The notes below the pieces were generated by a model. That model made no database searches, was not told the DNA's origin, and saw nothing but the letters and a program-made list of their open reading frames with translations. The translations under genes and the position numbers were made by a program. This document shows, in pieces, positions 7,961 to 17,759 of a stretch of DNA of 38,007 nucleotides (position 1 is its first letter; every line of letters begins with the position of its first letter). The stretch is from Chloroflexota bacterium (GTDB lineage Bacteria; Chloroflexota; Anaerolineae; Anaerolineales; Villigracilaceae), in assembly GCA_021840275.1 (NCBI GenBank), contig JAKBYW010000001.1, positions 1-38,007 on the forward strand. The letters are read 5' to 3'.

Positions 7961-7992
7961 CCTCCTGTTAATTAACGGGAGGTTTTCTTTTT
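7961..7992 (+). terminator. Intrinsic terminator 1 of the mgtA leader (M-box expression platform)
   Basis: Stem CCTCCTGTT/AACGGGAGG followed by TTTTCTTTTT. The left arm CCTCC can alternatively pair with GGAGG (7922-7926) at the 3' end of M-box P1. Confidence 0.8.
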
Positions 7993-8046
7993 GACGCTGC
8001 ATCTGGCATGGCCAAATTAAACGTGCAGTTGGGAAGGAGTTTGCGC

Positions 8047-8148
8047 ATGGACTCGGATAGTTCAAGTCATCTAATGTCGCACGGGCGAAATGTCCAGTCG
8101 TTTCTTTCGACATACATCGATCCCTTCCCTGATTTGATAATGGTATAG
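8047..8148 (+). CDS. Candidate 33-codon leader peptide in the mgtA leader
   Basis: ATG at 8047 lies 7 nt after AAGGAG (8034-8039). It encodes MDSDSSSHLMSHGRNVQSFLSTYIDPFPDLIMV and stops ~55 nt before the second terminator. There is no homology evidence. Confidence 0.25.
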   Translation: MDSDSSSHLMSHGRNVQSFLSTYIDPFPDLIMV

Positions 8149-8202
8149 TCTTTCGGGCTCATCAATCAAGTGGGGAAAGAAACGATGTCTGTCTCTGAAA
8201 CG

Positions 8203-8240
8203 CCGCCTTTTCGCTGCAAGCGAAGGCGGTTTTTCTTTTG
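8203..8240 (+). terminator. Intrinsic terminator 2 of the mgtA leader
   Basis: CCGCCTT..TCGCT gca AGCGAAGGCGG stem (11 bp with a 2-nt bulge) followed by TTTTTCTTTT. Confidence 0.7.
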
Positions 8241-8511
8241 CCTTCGCACCAAAGTTTTGGCGGAGGTTCGTATGGAATTTTTGATGAAAACAGGCATCTG
8301 CCTGTTGCCTCGCATTCAAGTAGCAAAATTTCATGGCAGCGATGTTTGGCTGATCTCCACCAGCCTCACTGTTTGTGAATATCTTGAAAAGGAAATGCCC
8401 CATACTGCGCGGGATCATGTTCCGTTAAGCAGTTGCCTTCAGATACTTTAATTGTAGAAGCCTGCTACTGCAGGCTCAGTCATCTGAAATATTTATATTC
8501 TGGAGGTACAA

Positions 8512-11145
8512 ATGGGATTCTTTACAACGATAATCACTACTCCCCAGCGCTGGGCAAATGCCACAAAGGGGAACAATATTCAAATATCAAAAGCATTAGC
8601 GGATAGCGCCCGGTTAGATGCCGCCGCTGTGCTCGAAAAACTAGGCACGTCTCAGAACGGACTCACAGTTCTTGATGTTGAAGCCCGCTTTGAACAGTAT
8701 GGGCCCAACGAGGTTGCCAAGGAGAAACACCAGACTTGGCTGATGCGCTTGATTGAAAACATCAAAAATCCGCTGGTTATTCTTCTGTCTGTACTCGGCT
8801 TGGTCTCTTATCTGACCGGTGATGTCCCCGGAACAATCGTGATCTTTATCATGGTTTTGCTGGGCATCGTGTTGCGCTACATACAGGAAAGCCGGGCTGA
8901 TTCTGCTGCAGCGAGGCTCAAGGCAATGGTAAGCACAACTGCTACGGTGGTACGCGCTGGAAAACGTATCGAAATTCCATTGAAGGAGTTGGTCCCCGGG
9001 GATATCGTTCATCTTTCAGCTGGCGATATGGTTCCCGGTGATGTACGGTTGCTCTCAGCAAAGGATCTGTTCTTGAACCAGGCCGCACTGACCGGGGAGT
9101 CCATGCCAGTGGAGAAGTTGCCTGCTGTTGTTACAGACGAGGCACTGAATCCACTCGAGATGCCAAATCTCTGCTTCCTTGGGTCAAACATTGAAAGCGG
9201 CACCGGTCTGGCAGTTGTCGTTCAAACGGGTAGCCAAACCTATTTTGGGTCCCTGGCAGGTAGCATTGTAGGTCAGCGACAATTGACCAGCTTTGACAAA
9301 GGTGTAAATGGTTTTACCTGGTTAATGATTGGTTTTATGGCCATTATGGTCCCCTTGGTGTTTCTGTTCAACGGCTTGAGCAAGCATAACTGGGTAGAAG
9401 CTTTCCTATTTGCGCTGGCAGTCGCAGTTGGACTGACGCCTGAGATGCTGCCAATGATCGTCACTGTCAATCTGTCCAAAGGCGCGCTTTCCATGTCAAA
9501 GAAAAAGGTGATCGTTAAACGATTGAACGCTATTCAGAATTTCGGTGCCATGGATGTTCTTTGCACGGACAAGACTGGCACGATCACAGAAGGCAAGATT
9601 GTACTGGAGAAGTACATGGATGTGAAAGGCAACACCAGCGAACAGGTACTTCATTACGGATATATGAACAGCTACTATCAGACAGGCTTGAAGAATCTGA
9701 TGGATGAAGCCATTCTCAATCATGTTAATCTCAACGATGATTTACAAGTGGATGAGCTTTACCGAAAGATCGACGAACTGCCCTTTGACTTCCAACGCAA
9801 ACGCATGTCTGTGATCGTAGAGAACAACCAAAACCAACACATCTTGATCTGCAAGGGCGCAGTCGAGGAAATCATGCAACTTTCCACACACGTGGAGGTT
9901 GGCGGTGAGGTTCTGGAAGTCCTGCCGGAACATGACGAACACCGCAAAGAGCGTGTGAAGCAGTTGAACTCCGAGGGCTTCCGTGTCATCGCGGTTGCTT
10001 ATCGGATCTTCTCCGGTGACAATGATGAACCGCACTACAAGGTGGCTGATGAGTCAAACCTGACCCTGCTCGGATACATGGCCTTCCTGGACCCACCGAA
10101 AGCGACCGCATCCGCCGCACTGGACAAACTCCATTTTCACAATGTGGTCGTCAAGATCCTGACCGGCGATAACGACATTGTCACAGCCAACATTTGTGAG
10201 CAGGTCGGCCTGTCCGTCGATCGGATACTACTCGGTCCGGAAATCGAACAAATGGATGATGTACAACTAGCGGAAGCTGCCGAGGCAATCACCGTTTTTG
10301 CCAAACTCTCCCCAACCCACAAAGAACGCATCATTCGCGCTTTGCAAGGGAAAGGTCACGTTGTCGGGTTCATGGGCGATGGGATTAACGATGCGCCAGC
10401 GCTCAAAACTGCCGATGTGGGCATTTCTGTGAACAGCGCAGTCGACATTGCCAAGGAGTCGTCCGACATCATCCTGCTTGAAAACAGCCTTCTGGTCCTG
10501 GAAGAAGGCGTCATCGAAGGTCGCAAGGTCTTTGGTAACATCATCAAATACATCAAGATGGCAGCCTCTTCCAACTTCGGGAACATGTTCAGCGTGCTGG
10601 GCGCCAGTCTATTCTTACCTTTTCTGCCGATGCTGCCTATTCAGGTCTTAACCAACAACCTATTGTATGACTTCTCGCAGACCGCGATCCCGACAGATGA
10701 AGTCGATCAAGAGTGGCTGACCAAACCGCGCAAATGGGAAATCAATTCGCTACGCCGCTTCATCATTTACATTGGCCCAATCAGTTCGATCTTCGATTAC
10801 ATGACGTACTTCATTATGTTGTATGTCTTCAATTGCTGGAGCAACCCTACACTGTTCCAGACGGGCTGGTTCGTAGAGTCTTTGTTCACCCAAACGTTGA
10901 TCATTCACGTTATCCGCACGAACAAGATTCCTTTCATTCAAAGCCGGGCGAGCAAATCGTTGATCTTTACTTCGCTCATTATTGTCGCAGTTGGCGCCTG
11001 GTTGACTGTTTCTCCATTGGCGTCTACATTAGGGTTTGTGACCTTGCCGCCTCTATACTGGCCCTTGCTGGCCGGCATGTTGATTGTTTATATCATCCTT
11101 ACACAGGTTGTGAAAGTCTGGTTTATTCGGCGGTTTGCTGAATAG
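8512..11145 (+). CDS. mgtA: Mg2+-importing P-type ATPase MgtA/MgtB
   Basis: 877 aa with TGES, CTDKTGTIT, TGDN and MGDGINDAPALK motifs and a P3-type 10-TM layout. GGAGG RBS. M-box leader upstream. Confidence 0.9.
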   Translation: MGFFTTIITTPQRWANATKGNNIQISKALADSARLDAAAVLEKLGTSQNGLTVLDVEARFEQYGPNEVAKEKHQTWLMRLIENIKNPLVILLSVLGLVSYLTGDVPGTIVIFIMVLLGIVLRYIQESRADSAAARLKAMVSTTATVVRAGKRIEIPLKELVPGDIVHLSAGDMVPGDVRLLSAKDLFLNQAALTGESMPVEKLPAVVTDEALNPLEMPNLCFLGSNIESGTGLAVVVQTGSQTYFGSLAGSIVGQRQLTSFDKGVNGFTWLMIGFMAIMVPLVFLFNGLSKHNWVEAFLFALAVAVGLTPEMLPMIVTVNLSKGALSMSKKKVIVKRLNAIQNFGAMDVLCTDKTGTITEGKIVLEKYMDVKGNTSEQVLHYGYMNSYYQTGLKNLMDEAILNHVNLNDDLQVDELYRKIDELPFDFQRKRMSVIVENNQNQHILICKGAVEEIMQLSTHVEVGGEVLEVLPEHDEHRKERVKQLNSEGFRVIAVAYRIFSGDNDEPHYKVADESNLTLLGYMAFLDPPKATASAALDKLHFHNVVVKILTGDNDIVTANICEQVGLSVDRILLGPEIEQMDDVQLAEAAEAITVFAKLSPTHKERIIRALQGKGHVVGFMGDGINDAPALKTADVGISVNSAVDIAKESSDIILLENSLLVLEEGVIEGRKVFGNIIKYIKMAASSNFGNMFSVLGASLFLPFLPMLPIQVLTNNLLYDFSQTAIPTDEVDQEWLTKPRKWEINSLRRFIIYIGPISSIFDYMTYFIMLYVFNCWSNPTLFQTGWFVESLFTQTLIIHVIRTNKIPFIQSRASKSLIFTSLIIVAVGAWLTVSPLASTLGFVTLPPLYWPLLAGMLIVYIILTQVVKVWFIRRFAE

Positions 11146-11154
11146 AAAATTGAT

Positions 11155-11193
11155 TTGGGGTGGTTGGTTCATTGGCGTGATCAACCACCCCAA
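11155..11193 (+). terminator. Hairpin downstream of mgtA (possible terminator, no U-tract)
   Basis: Perfect 12-bp stem TTGGGGTGGTTG/CAACCACCCCAA starting 10 nt after the mgtA stop. Confidence 0.4.
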
Positions 11194-11260
11194 TCAAGCT
11201 GAAAGTATGTTTTCATAAAAGTCCTCCCATCTTTACATGAGAGAGTCATGGAGGCGAAAA

Positions 11261-11638
11261 ATGTTTTCCAAAAGAGTGCTTCTGGAAATTCAGATAAAAA
11301 GAGCTTTCATAAATGTTCTTCGAAGAGCGTATCAACACGAAAGGATCGCCGCACTATCCTACTATGCATTGGCCAATCAACAGTTGGATCGTGATCAACG
11401 AAGTTTGATTTTACAATCTGCTAAAATTTCAAGTCGGAAGGCCCATCATTACGTTGTGCGCCTCGGTTTATTGCGAACATCAAGAACACGAAGGAACTGG
11501 GCTTGGCGTGACAGACTTTTGTATTGGTATTTGATACACTGTAATGTAAGTCGTGCAACTATGTGGATCGAGCGGATTGAAAATCGAGACAACGATGATC
11601 TTGACTCTCTGTTCTCTGTCAAAGAATTTTGGTATTAA
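11261..11638 (+). CDS. Hypothetical protein (weak ferritin-like/helical pattern)
   Basis: ORF 11237-11638. I prefer the ATG at 11261, 6 nt after GGAGG. There is no confident family match. Confidence 0.4.
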   Translation: MFSKRVLLEIQIKRAFINVLRRAYQHERIAALSYYALANQQLDRDQRSLILQSAKISSRKAHHYVVRLGLLRTSRTRRNWAWRDRLLYWYLIHCNVSRATMWIERIENRDNDDLDSLFSVKEFWY

Positions 11639-11886
11639 GGCTCGACTGGACCATTAATATCCCCAAAACCATTGCTCTTTGTAGATAACCTGAACATAAG
11701 TTAAGAGCGAAAGGTATTTTGGTTTCGAGCAGATTTACGCGGCCAATCCCCCTTGTCCGACCAAAAGAGGTGACCACCGCTTATCAACTGATGTTCCACG
11801 AAGTTCTGAGTGGATTTCCAAACACATCCCTGAGAGAAGCCGCACACACCCTGCCTTTGAGATATGGAAATAGATAGTAGTTGTGG

Positions 11887-11931
11887 ATAAAAAATGTAGG
11901 ACAATTGGACTCACAGATTGCCAAGTCCTAC
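11887..11931 (-). terminator. Intrinsic terminator ending operon B
   Basis: On the minus strand: GTAGGAC..TTGG...CCAA.GTCCTAC stem followed by ATTTTTTAT, 30 nt after the stop of the histidine phosphatase gene. Confidence 0.75.
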
Positions 11932-11960
11932 TCAAAGCACTTTCAAAGCCGCTAAATCAA

Positions 11961-12605
11961 TCATACGGTCTTTGAAGTACTGTGGCTTGAGATTATCGAT
12001 AATAAATGGCTGGTTTCATTCAAAAGGGTCAGCGTGAATTTATTGTCTTCCGCCTCGAACGAATTAATCGCGCAGGTGTCCTGACGAACCCTCCAAAAGC
12101 TGCGGGAATCCATTCCAAGCGTTGAAAGCAGGATCAGGCGATTAAGTGCAGTATGGCTAACCAGAACAATCGTTTGGTCTGGATAACGGGCAATCAAACC
12201 ATCCACACATTTCATGGCCCTTAAGCGCGCCATCTCCAATGCTTCGCCGCCCGGAAAACGGAAGTCGCCCGGCGCATGAAGATAAGCCTGGAACTCTGTT
12301 GGCCAGCGCTGACTCGCTTCATCAGGAGTTAGACCCTGCCATTGACCACAATCCACATCAATCAAGCTTGGTTCAACGCGGACAATCAAATTGAATAAGC
12401 ATGCAGTGGATTCGGCAGTTTGGATGGTGCGCGAGAGCGGTCCCGCGTAGACGGCTTCAGGTTTCCACTGTGATGCGATTCGTACACCAGTCACTTTCGC
12501 TTGAGCAAAGCCGGTTTCATCAGGCGGTATGTCTGCGTGCCCACGGAAGCGCTCCTCACGATTCCAGGCAGTCTGGCCGTGTCTCACCAGGATAATCCTT
12601 GTCAT
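11961..12605 (-). CDS. Histidine phosphatase family protein (phosphoglycerate mutase-like)
   Basis: N-terminal RHGQTAWN motif, the ERFRGH segment and a second catalytic His (VSHTA). Confidence 0.85.
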   Translation of the reverse strand: MTRIILVRHGQTAWNREERFRGHADIPPDETGFAQAKVTGVRIASQWKPEAVYAGPLSRTIQTAESTACLFNLIVRVEPSLIDVDCGQWQGLTPDEASQRWPTEFQAYLHAPGDFRFPGGEALEMARLRAMKCVDGLIARYPDQTIVLVSHTALNRLILLSTLGMDSRSFWRVRQDTCAINSFEAEDNKFTLTLLNETSHLLSIISSHSTSKTV

Positions 12606-12682
12606 TATTCAAGTCCTTTATTTACTCTAGTCTTGAACGAACCAATCATGAATTCGAAGATCGTTTGAAAGTGGAACATTTG

Positions 12683-13435
12683 TTATCTTTTCTTGATAAT
12701 ATTTTCATCGTAATAGGCAAGCATATCTTCCGGGCTGCCGTGATTAATGATGATTCCCTGATCCATCACAATAACACGATTGCATAGATTTTTGATTTGT
12801 TCAGGATTGTGCGAAACTATGATGACTATTTCCGACTCTTCGACCAGTTGGTGGATACGCTGAGAACTCTTCTGCACAAAGTATGCATCACCGGTCGCAA
12901 AAACTTCATCAATCAGCAGGATTTCCGGCTCTATCATGATGGCAATCGAGAAAGACAGCCGCCCGAACATTCCTGTTGAATAGTATTTTACAGGCAGGTC
13001 AAGAAACTCCTCCAGTTCCGAAAATTCGGCTATGGCTTTTTCTTTTACCTTCATTTGGGCTGGAGAGTATCCCAACAGGGCGCCATACAAATAGATATTT
13101 TCCCGCCCGGTTTGTTCAGGGTCAAATCCTGCACCGAGTTCCATCAAAGGGGTGACGTGCCCGGCAACCACGACTCGCCCGTATTGGGGAGCATAAATTC
13201 CGGCGATGGTTTTTAGTAATGTTGATTTCCCCGACCCATTCAAACCAATGACACCCAAACGATCTCCCGGATATACTGAAAGAGAGATGTTATTTAATGC
13301 GCAGAACTCTGTAAAACCATCCCGGTTGTTCCTGCCCATGAACCAGTTGATCAGCGCTTCTTTGAGGGATGGAATGGGATTATGGTAGATTCGAAATTTG
13401 ACAGAGACATCCTGCATCTGAATAGATATTTTCAT
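12683..13435 (-). CDS. ABC transporter ATP-binding protein, Wzt/TagH/KpsT polysaccharide-export type (no cognate permease nearby)
   Basis: GLNGSGKST Walker A, YSTGMFGRLSF signature and LLIDEVF Walker B. I prefer the start MKISIQ at 13435. The ORF track starts at 13486. Confidence 0.85.
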   Translation of the reverse strand: MKISIQMQDVSVKFRIYHNPIPSLKEALINWFMGRNNRDGFTEFCALNNISLSVYPGDRLGVIGLNGSGKSTLLKTIAGIYAPQYGRVVVAGHVTPLMELGAGFDPEQTGRENIYLYGALLGYSPAQMKVKEKAIAEFSELEEFLDLPVKYYSTGMFGRLSFSIAIMIEPEILLIDEVFATGDAYFVQKSSQRIHQLVEESEIVIIVSHNPEQIKNLCNRVIVMDQGIIINHGSPEDMLAYYDENIIKKR

Positions 13436-13542
13436 AATTTGTGGAGTACGCCCGATATAACAAATGAGTTCACAAATAATCAACAAACCTTAAGCTGGCA
13501 TTGACTCTCGTAAATTTGTTATCCGAGTTGATAGCTGGTTTT

Positions 13543-14469
13543 CTATTTATCATCAGATTGTTTCGGACTTGACCAAAGGCTCTCCACATCCAAGGCTTTA
13601 TCGTTTTCCATCATCACCTGGCGGTCCAGCGCAACCGAATTTCTCGCCAGATGGATGCAGATATTGCGCCATTCCCTGTTTGACCGGCTTTCAACCGTTT
13701 CAACCACCTTCCGCAGGCAGAGGGTAATTACCCAGCCATATGATGGGCCACCGACCTTCTCTTCCTCGATCAGAATGACAGCTTTGTCGGTCAATGCCAA
13801 CAGGGATGATGGAGCAATGGGACGATTGAAAAAATGCAGGAGGGGTTGTTTGATGCGAGGTTGGTAAACATACCCCAGCAAACGTTCGCCACGTTGCAAT
13901 GCGTAATGCCTTAAGCCGTTCATGAATTTGAAGGACTCAGTTTCCAATTTTTGCAGCAGAGCATCATTCTGTTCCCGAATGGATGCAACCGGTTGAGCCA
14001 TGCCATAAGTCAAGTACAGGAATTGGGTCAACATTATTTCCACGAGATGTTGTCCAACGGTATTGTATTCAATAACAATGTGCACAAGCCTGCCGTTAAC
14101 TTCCCCTGCCAGTTCCAGGCGGTTATAGAGCAACACAAGTGTGTAATGCACGTATAGAAGCGACTCGCCATGAAGATAGGTTGCGGTGGGAGGCTGACCA
14201 TCCCGAATATGCAAAATCCCTTGGGCTGTGGATAGAAGTGCCTGCCGCGGCACGCCGCGCCTTCCCAGAAATGGCTGTGGCGGGAGCATCAGGATAGAAG
14301 TGATTGGCTCCACAGGCTTCAATAATGGCTGTGCTGCCTGTTGAAAACGCTCTGGCAGATCCTTTAGGTCTGACACTTCGTAGGGAAACTGACTTTCTCT
14401 ATCGGCCATAAGGGATTGTGTTTTTGGATATTCAACAGCCACTCCCGCTTTGGGAGTGGCTTCGATCAA
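13543..14469 (-). CDS. Hypothetical protein with two PH-like repeats; distant paralog of 782-2206
   Basis: LPERFQQAAQPLLKPVEPITSILMLP resembles LPHRFQHYVSEYLAPDERILYAARRP of ORF 782. GERLLGYVYQP...LLALTDKAVILIEEE...YGW resembles PDERILYAARRP...VLILTSQRLIQLTE...YGF. The start is TTG at 14469, and the first ATG is at 14409. Confidence 0.7.
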   Translation of the reverse strand: MIEATPKAGVAVEYPKTQSLMADRESQFPYEVSDLKDLPERFQQAAQPLLKPVEPITSILMLPPQPFLGRRGVPRQALLSTAQGILHIRDGQPPTATYLHGESLLYVHYTLVLLYNRLELAGEVNGRLVHIVIEYNTVGQHLVEIMLTQFLYLTYGMAQPVASIREQNDALLQKLETESFKFMNGLRHYALQRGERLLGYVYQPRIKQPLLHFFNRPIAPSSLLALTDKAVILIEEEKVGGPSYGWVITLCLRKVVETVESRSNREWRNICIHLARNSVALDRQVMMENDKALDVESLWSSPKQSDDK

Positions 14470-14484
14470 GAATTACATCTAACG

Positions 14485-15768
<1,284 letters not shown>

Positions 15769-15794
15769 TTAGTCTCCAAATTAGTGATTTACAT

Positions 15795-16022
15795 TTACAG
15801 GCTTTGTGGGCCTATGATGTTTTCAAGAAGAAAACCGATAACGAAAGACAATACAATAAAGAATACCAACGTAACCAGGGCCGCCTCTGTCGCCAGCTTT
15901 ACGGGTTTCCTTTTATCCGGATAATGATGTGAGTATTCGCCATATGTAATAAGAAACGCCATGACAGACGCCAGAGGCGAAAAGACCAGACTGATCACAA
16001 CAGAAACCGCAACAAATTTCAT
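15795..16022 (-). CDS. Small 2-TM membrane protein, unknown function
   Basis: 75 aa with two hydrophobic helices flanking YPDKRKPVK. It is tightly packed between the MFS gene and eno on the same strand. Confidence 0.5.
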   Translation of the reverse strand: MKFVAVSVVISLVFSPLASVMAFLITYGEYSHHYPDKRKPVKLATEAALVTLVFFIVLSFVIGFLLENIIGPQSL

Positions 16023-16092
16023 GGCTGGGCTGGTTCTTGAATCCGTAAGCTATCTGGGGTTGGATGAGCATTGATAGGCGTGAGGAAATATA

Positions 16093-17307
16093 TCATTCAG
16101 TTTCTTTCTTTACTGGAAGTCGCCGGGTTTGCTTGGCTACGATGAAGAATAAAGGCACGGCGGCCAGTTGCGCAACGACCGAGAAGATTATCAGTGCTGG
16201 CAGCGAGATGCCGTACAGAAGCCCAATCACCGCGCTGCCCAGAAACCAGAAGATACCGTAGCCTGCTGTGAACAATCCGTATGCGGAAGCGCGGCGCTCG
16301 GGTGCAACCATCGGCGCTACTGCCGCGGGAATAATGGATTCATGCACTCCCATGCCCAAACCCCAGATCGCCATCCCAATAAGCGCGGTCCAAAAACCGC
16401 CCAGGAAAACCAACGGCGCAAAGAGTGCGGCGATGATTGTCAAAACAATCAGGATGGAAAAACCAAAACGGTCATAAAGCCGTCCGAATACCAGCGAACC
16501 AGCCCCGCTCACGCCCATCGCCACAGCATAAAATACCGGAATAACGTCCAGTGAAACAATGGAGGCTTGCGCGAAATGGTAGGCAATCAGCGGAAAATCC
16601 GCGAAGCCTGCCGCGACCAGTGCCGCGCCCACCAGATACAGCCAAAAGACGCGCGGCAGTCCACGCGGTTGAACATTCGGGACGTTTGTCTCCATTTCTT
16701 CAGGGTGCGGATAAGTTCGGTAGGCCAACAGGAGCAAGCTAAAGTTAATGACTGCGGGCACGGCCAGTGCCGCGAAGGCGAGATGATAATCGCCACGCAT
16801 CGCCAAGACCCACGCGACCACCAGGGGTCCAAACAGGGCGCCAAATTGATCCAGCGCTTCGTGCAAGCCAAATACCCATCCAATGCCGAGCTGTTTACCA
16901 GCATGTGATAGCATCACATCGCGTGGTGGATTGCGTGTGGCTTTTCCCACGCGTTCGAGAATAATCAGTACCGCCGCCATCGGCCAATTCCCCGCTAAAG
17001 CCAGCAGTGGTACAGATGCCATCTGGACGGCATAGCCAATAATCGTGATGGGCCAGAATTTCTGGGTGCGGTCAGCGAGTCGTCCCGAGACAAGCCGCAG
17101 GCCATAGCCCAGCAACTCTCCAAAGCCTGTCACAAGGCCGACAACGAAAGCACTCGCCTGCAAATGTGCGAGATAAGGACCAATAATGCTACGAGAGCCT
17201 TCGTATGTAAAATCAGCGAAGAAACTCAGGATACCAATCAAGAGTACAAACTTGAAGGCCATCTGTTGCACAGTGGTTTGTTCGGAAACCGCCGAATTAT
17301 TTTTCAT
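16093..17307 (-). CDS. MFS transporter
   Basis: 404 aa with ~12 hydrophobic segments and MFS motif A (GRLADRTQKF). AGGAG RBS. Confidence 0.85.
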   Translation of the reverse strand: MKNNSAVSEQTTVQQMAFKFVLLIGILSFFADFTYEGSRSIIGPYLAHLQASAFVVGLVTGFGELLGYGLRLVSGRLADRTQKFWPITIIGYAVQMASVPLLALAGNWPMAAVLIILERVGKATRNPPRDVMLSHAGKQLGIGWVFGLHEALDQFGALFGPLVVAWVLAMRGDYHLAFAALAVPAVINFSLLLLAYRTYPHPEEMETNVPNVQPRGLPRVFWLYLVGAALVAAGFADFPLIAYHFAQASIVSLDVIPVFYAVAMGVSGAGSLVFGRLYDRFGFSILIVLTIIAALFAPLVFLGGFWTALIGMAIWGLGMGVHESIIPAAVAPMVAPERRASAYGLFTAGYGIFWFLGSAVIGLLYGISLPALIIFSVVAQLAAVPLFFIVAKQTRRLPVKKETE

Positions 17308-17344
17308 ACAATGGCATTTCTCCTTTGTGATTCGATGCTGGCAA

Positions 17345-17381
17345 CAAAAAAGCTTCTACCAGCAGGATTGTGGTAGAAGCT
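17345..17381 (-). terminator. Intrinsic terminator / expression platform of fluoride riboswitch #2
   Basis: On the minus strand: AGCTTCTACCA (17381-17371) / TGGTAGAAGCT (17361-17351) 11-bp stem followed by TTTTTTG. The left arm is the 3' pseudoknot strand of the aptamer. It lies 38 nt upstream of the MFS start. Confidence 0.8.
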
Positions 17382-17440
17382 ATCAGTCGGAAAAACGACG
17401 AAGGTGTTTTGTTCAACGCTGACGAGCTTCATCGTCAACG
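17372..17440 (-). promoter_or_regulatory. Fluoride riboswitch aptamer (crcB motif) #2
   Basis: The minus-strand RNA is CGUUGACGAUGAAGCUCGUCAGCG..AACAAAAC..CGUCGUUUUUCCGACUGAUAGCUUCUACC. It has the same architecture as #1, with compensatory changes in P1 (GACGA/UCGUC) and in the pseudoknot (GAAGCU/AGCUUC). The segment CCGACUGAUAGC is identical to #1. Confidence 0.75.
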
Positions 17441-17470
17441 TGCCTGTGAATATTTGGTTTGTTGATGAAT

Positions 17471-17479
17471 ATTATAACA
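17471..17479 (-). promoter_or_regulatory. Candidate extended -10 promoter of operon B
   Basis: The minus strand reads TGTTATAAT (TGnTATAAT) ~30 nt upstream of aptamer #2. TTGCAA at 17502-17497 lies 20 nt away, a poor -35 spacing. Confidence 0.4.
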
Positions 17480-17673
17480 CCCAGTTCACTACACGTTTGC
17501 AAAGGATGGTCACCTAAAATCTATTAACCGCAATGTTATGTCGAAGCGTGTTCCTTGATTCAAGGCAAGATAACCTCAGTTTTCCCATGATGGGCCTGGA
17601 AGATAGCCTGGACAATAGCAGGCCTAACCCGGTTCCTTTATCTACACCATATTTTAGCTGTTGTACTATTTCA

Positions 17674-17710
17674 CCCAGAAAAATCGATCCTGCGATTTTT
17701 TCTGGGTTTT
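17674..17710. terminator. Hairpin after the 128-aa gene (possible bidirectional terminator)
   Basis: CCCAGAAAAATCG/CGATTTTTTCTGGG stem (13 bp, 1 bulge). A T-run follows on the + strand only. It lies 55 nt downstream of the minus-strand stop at 17760. Confidence 0.4.
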
Positions 17711-17759
17711 AATTCTTCAGACGCATCTAAACGTGTCAGATTCAATAGATGAAAGATGC

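Noticed and set aside
7498-8451. Track ORFs 7498-7866(-), 7859-8113(-), 8071-8418(-) and 8170-8451(+)
   Set aside because: They overlap the M-box, its terminators and each other. Their composition is odd and no motifs were found. The region is better explained as the mgtA leader.
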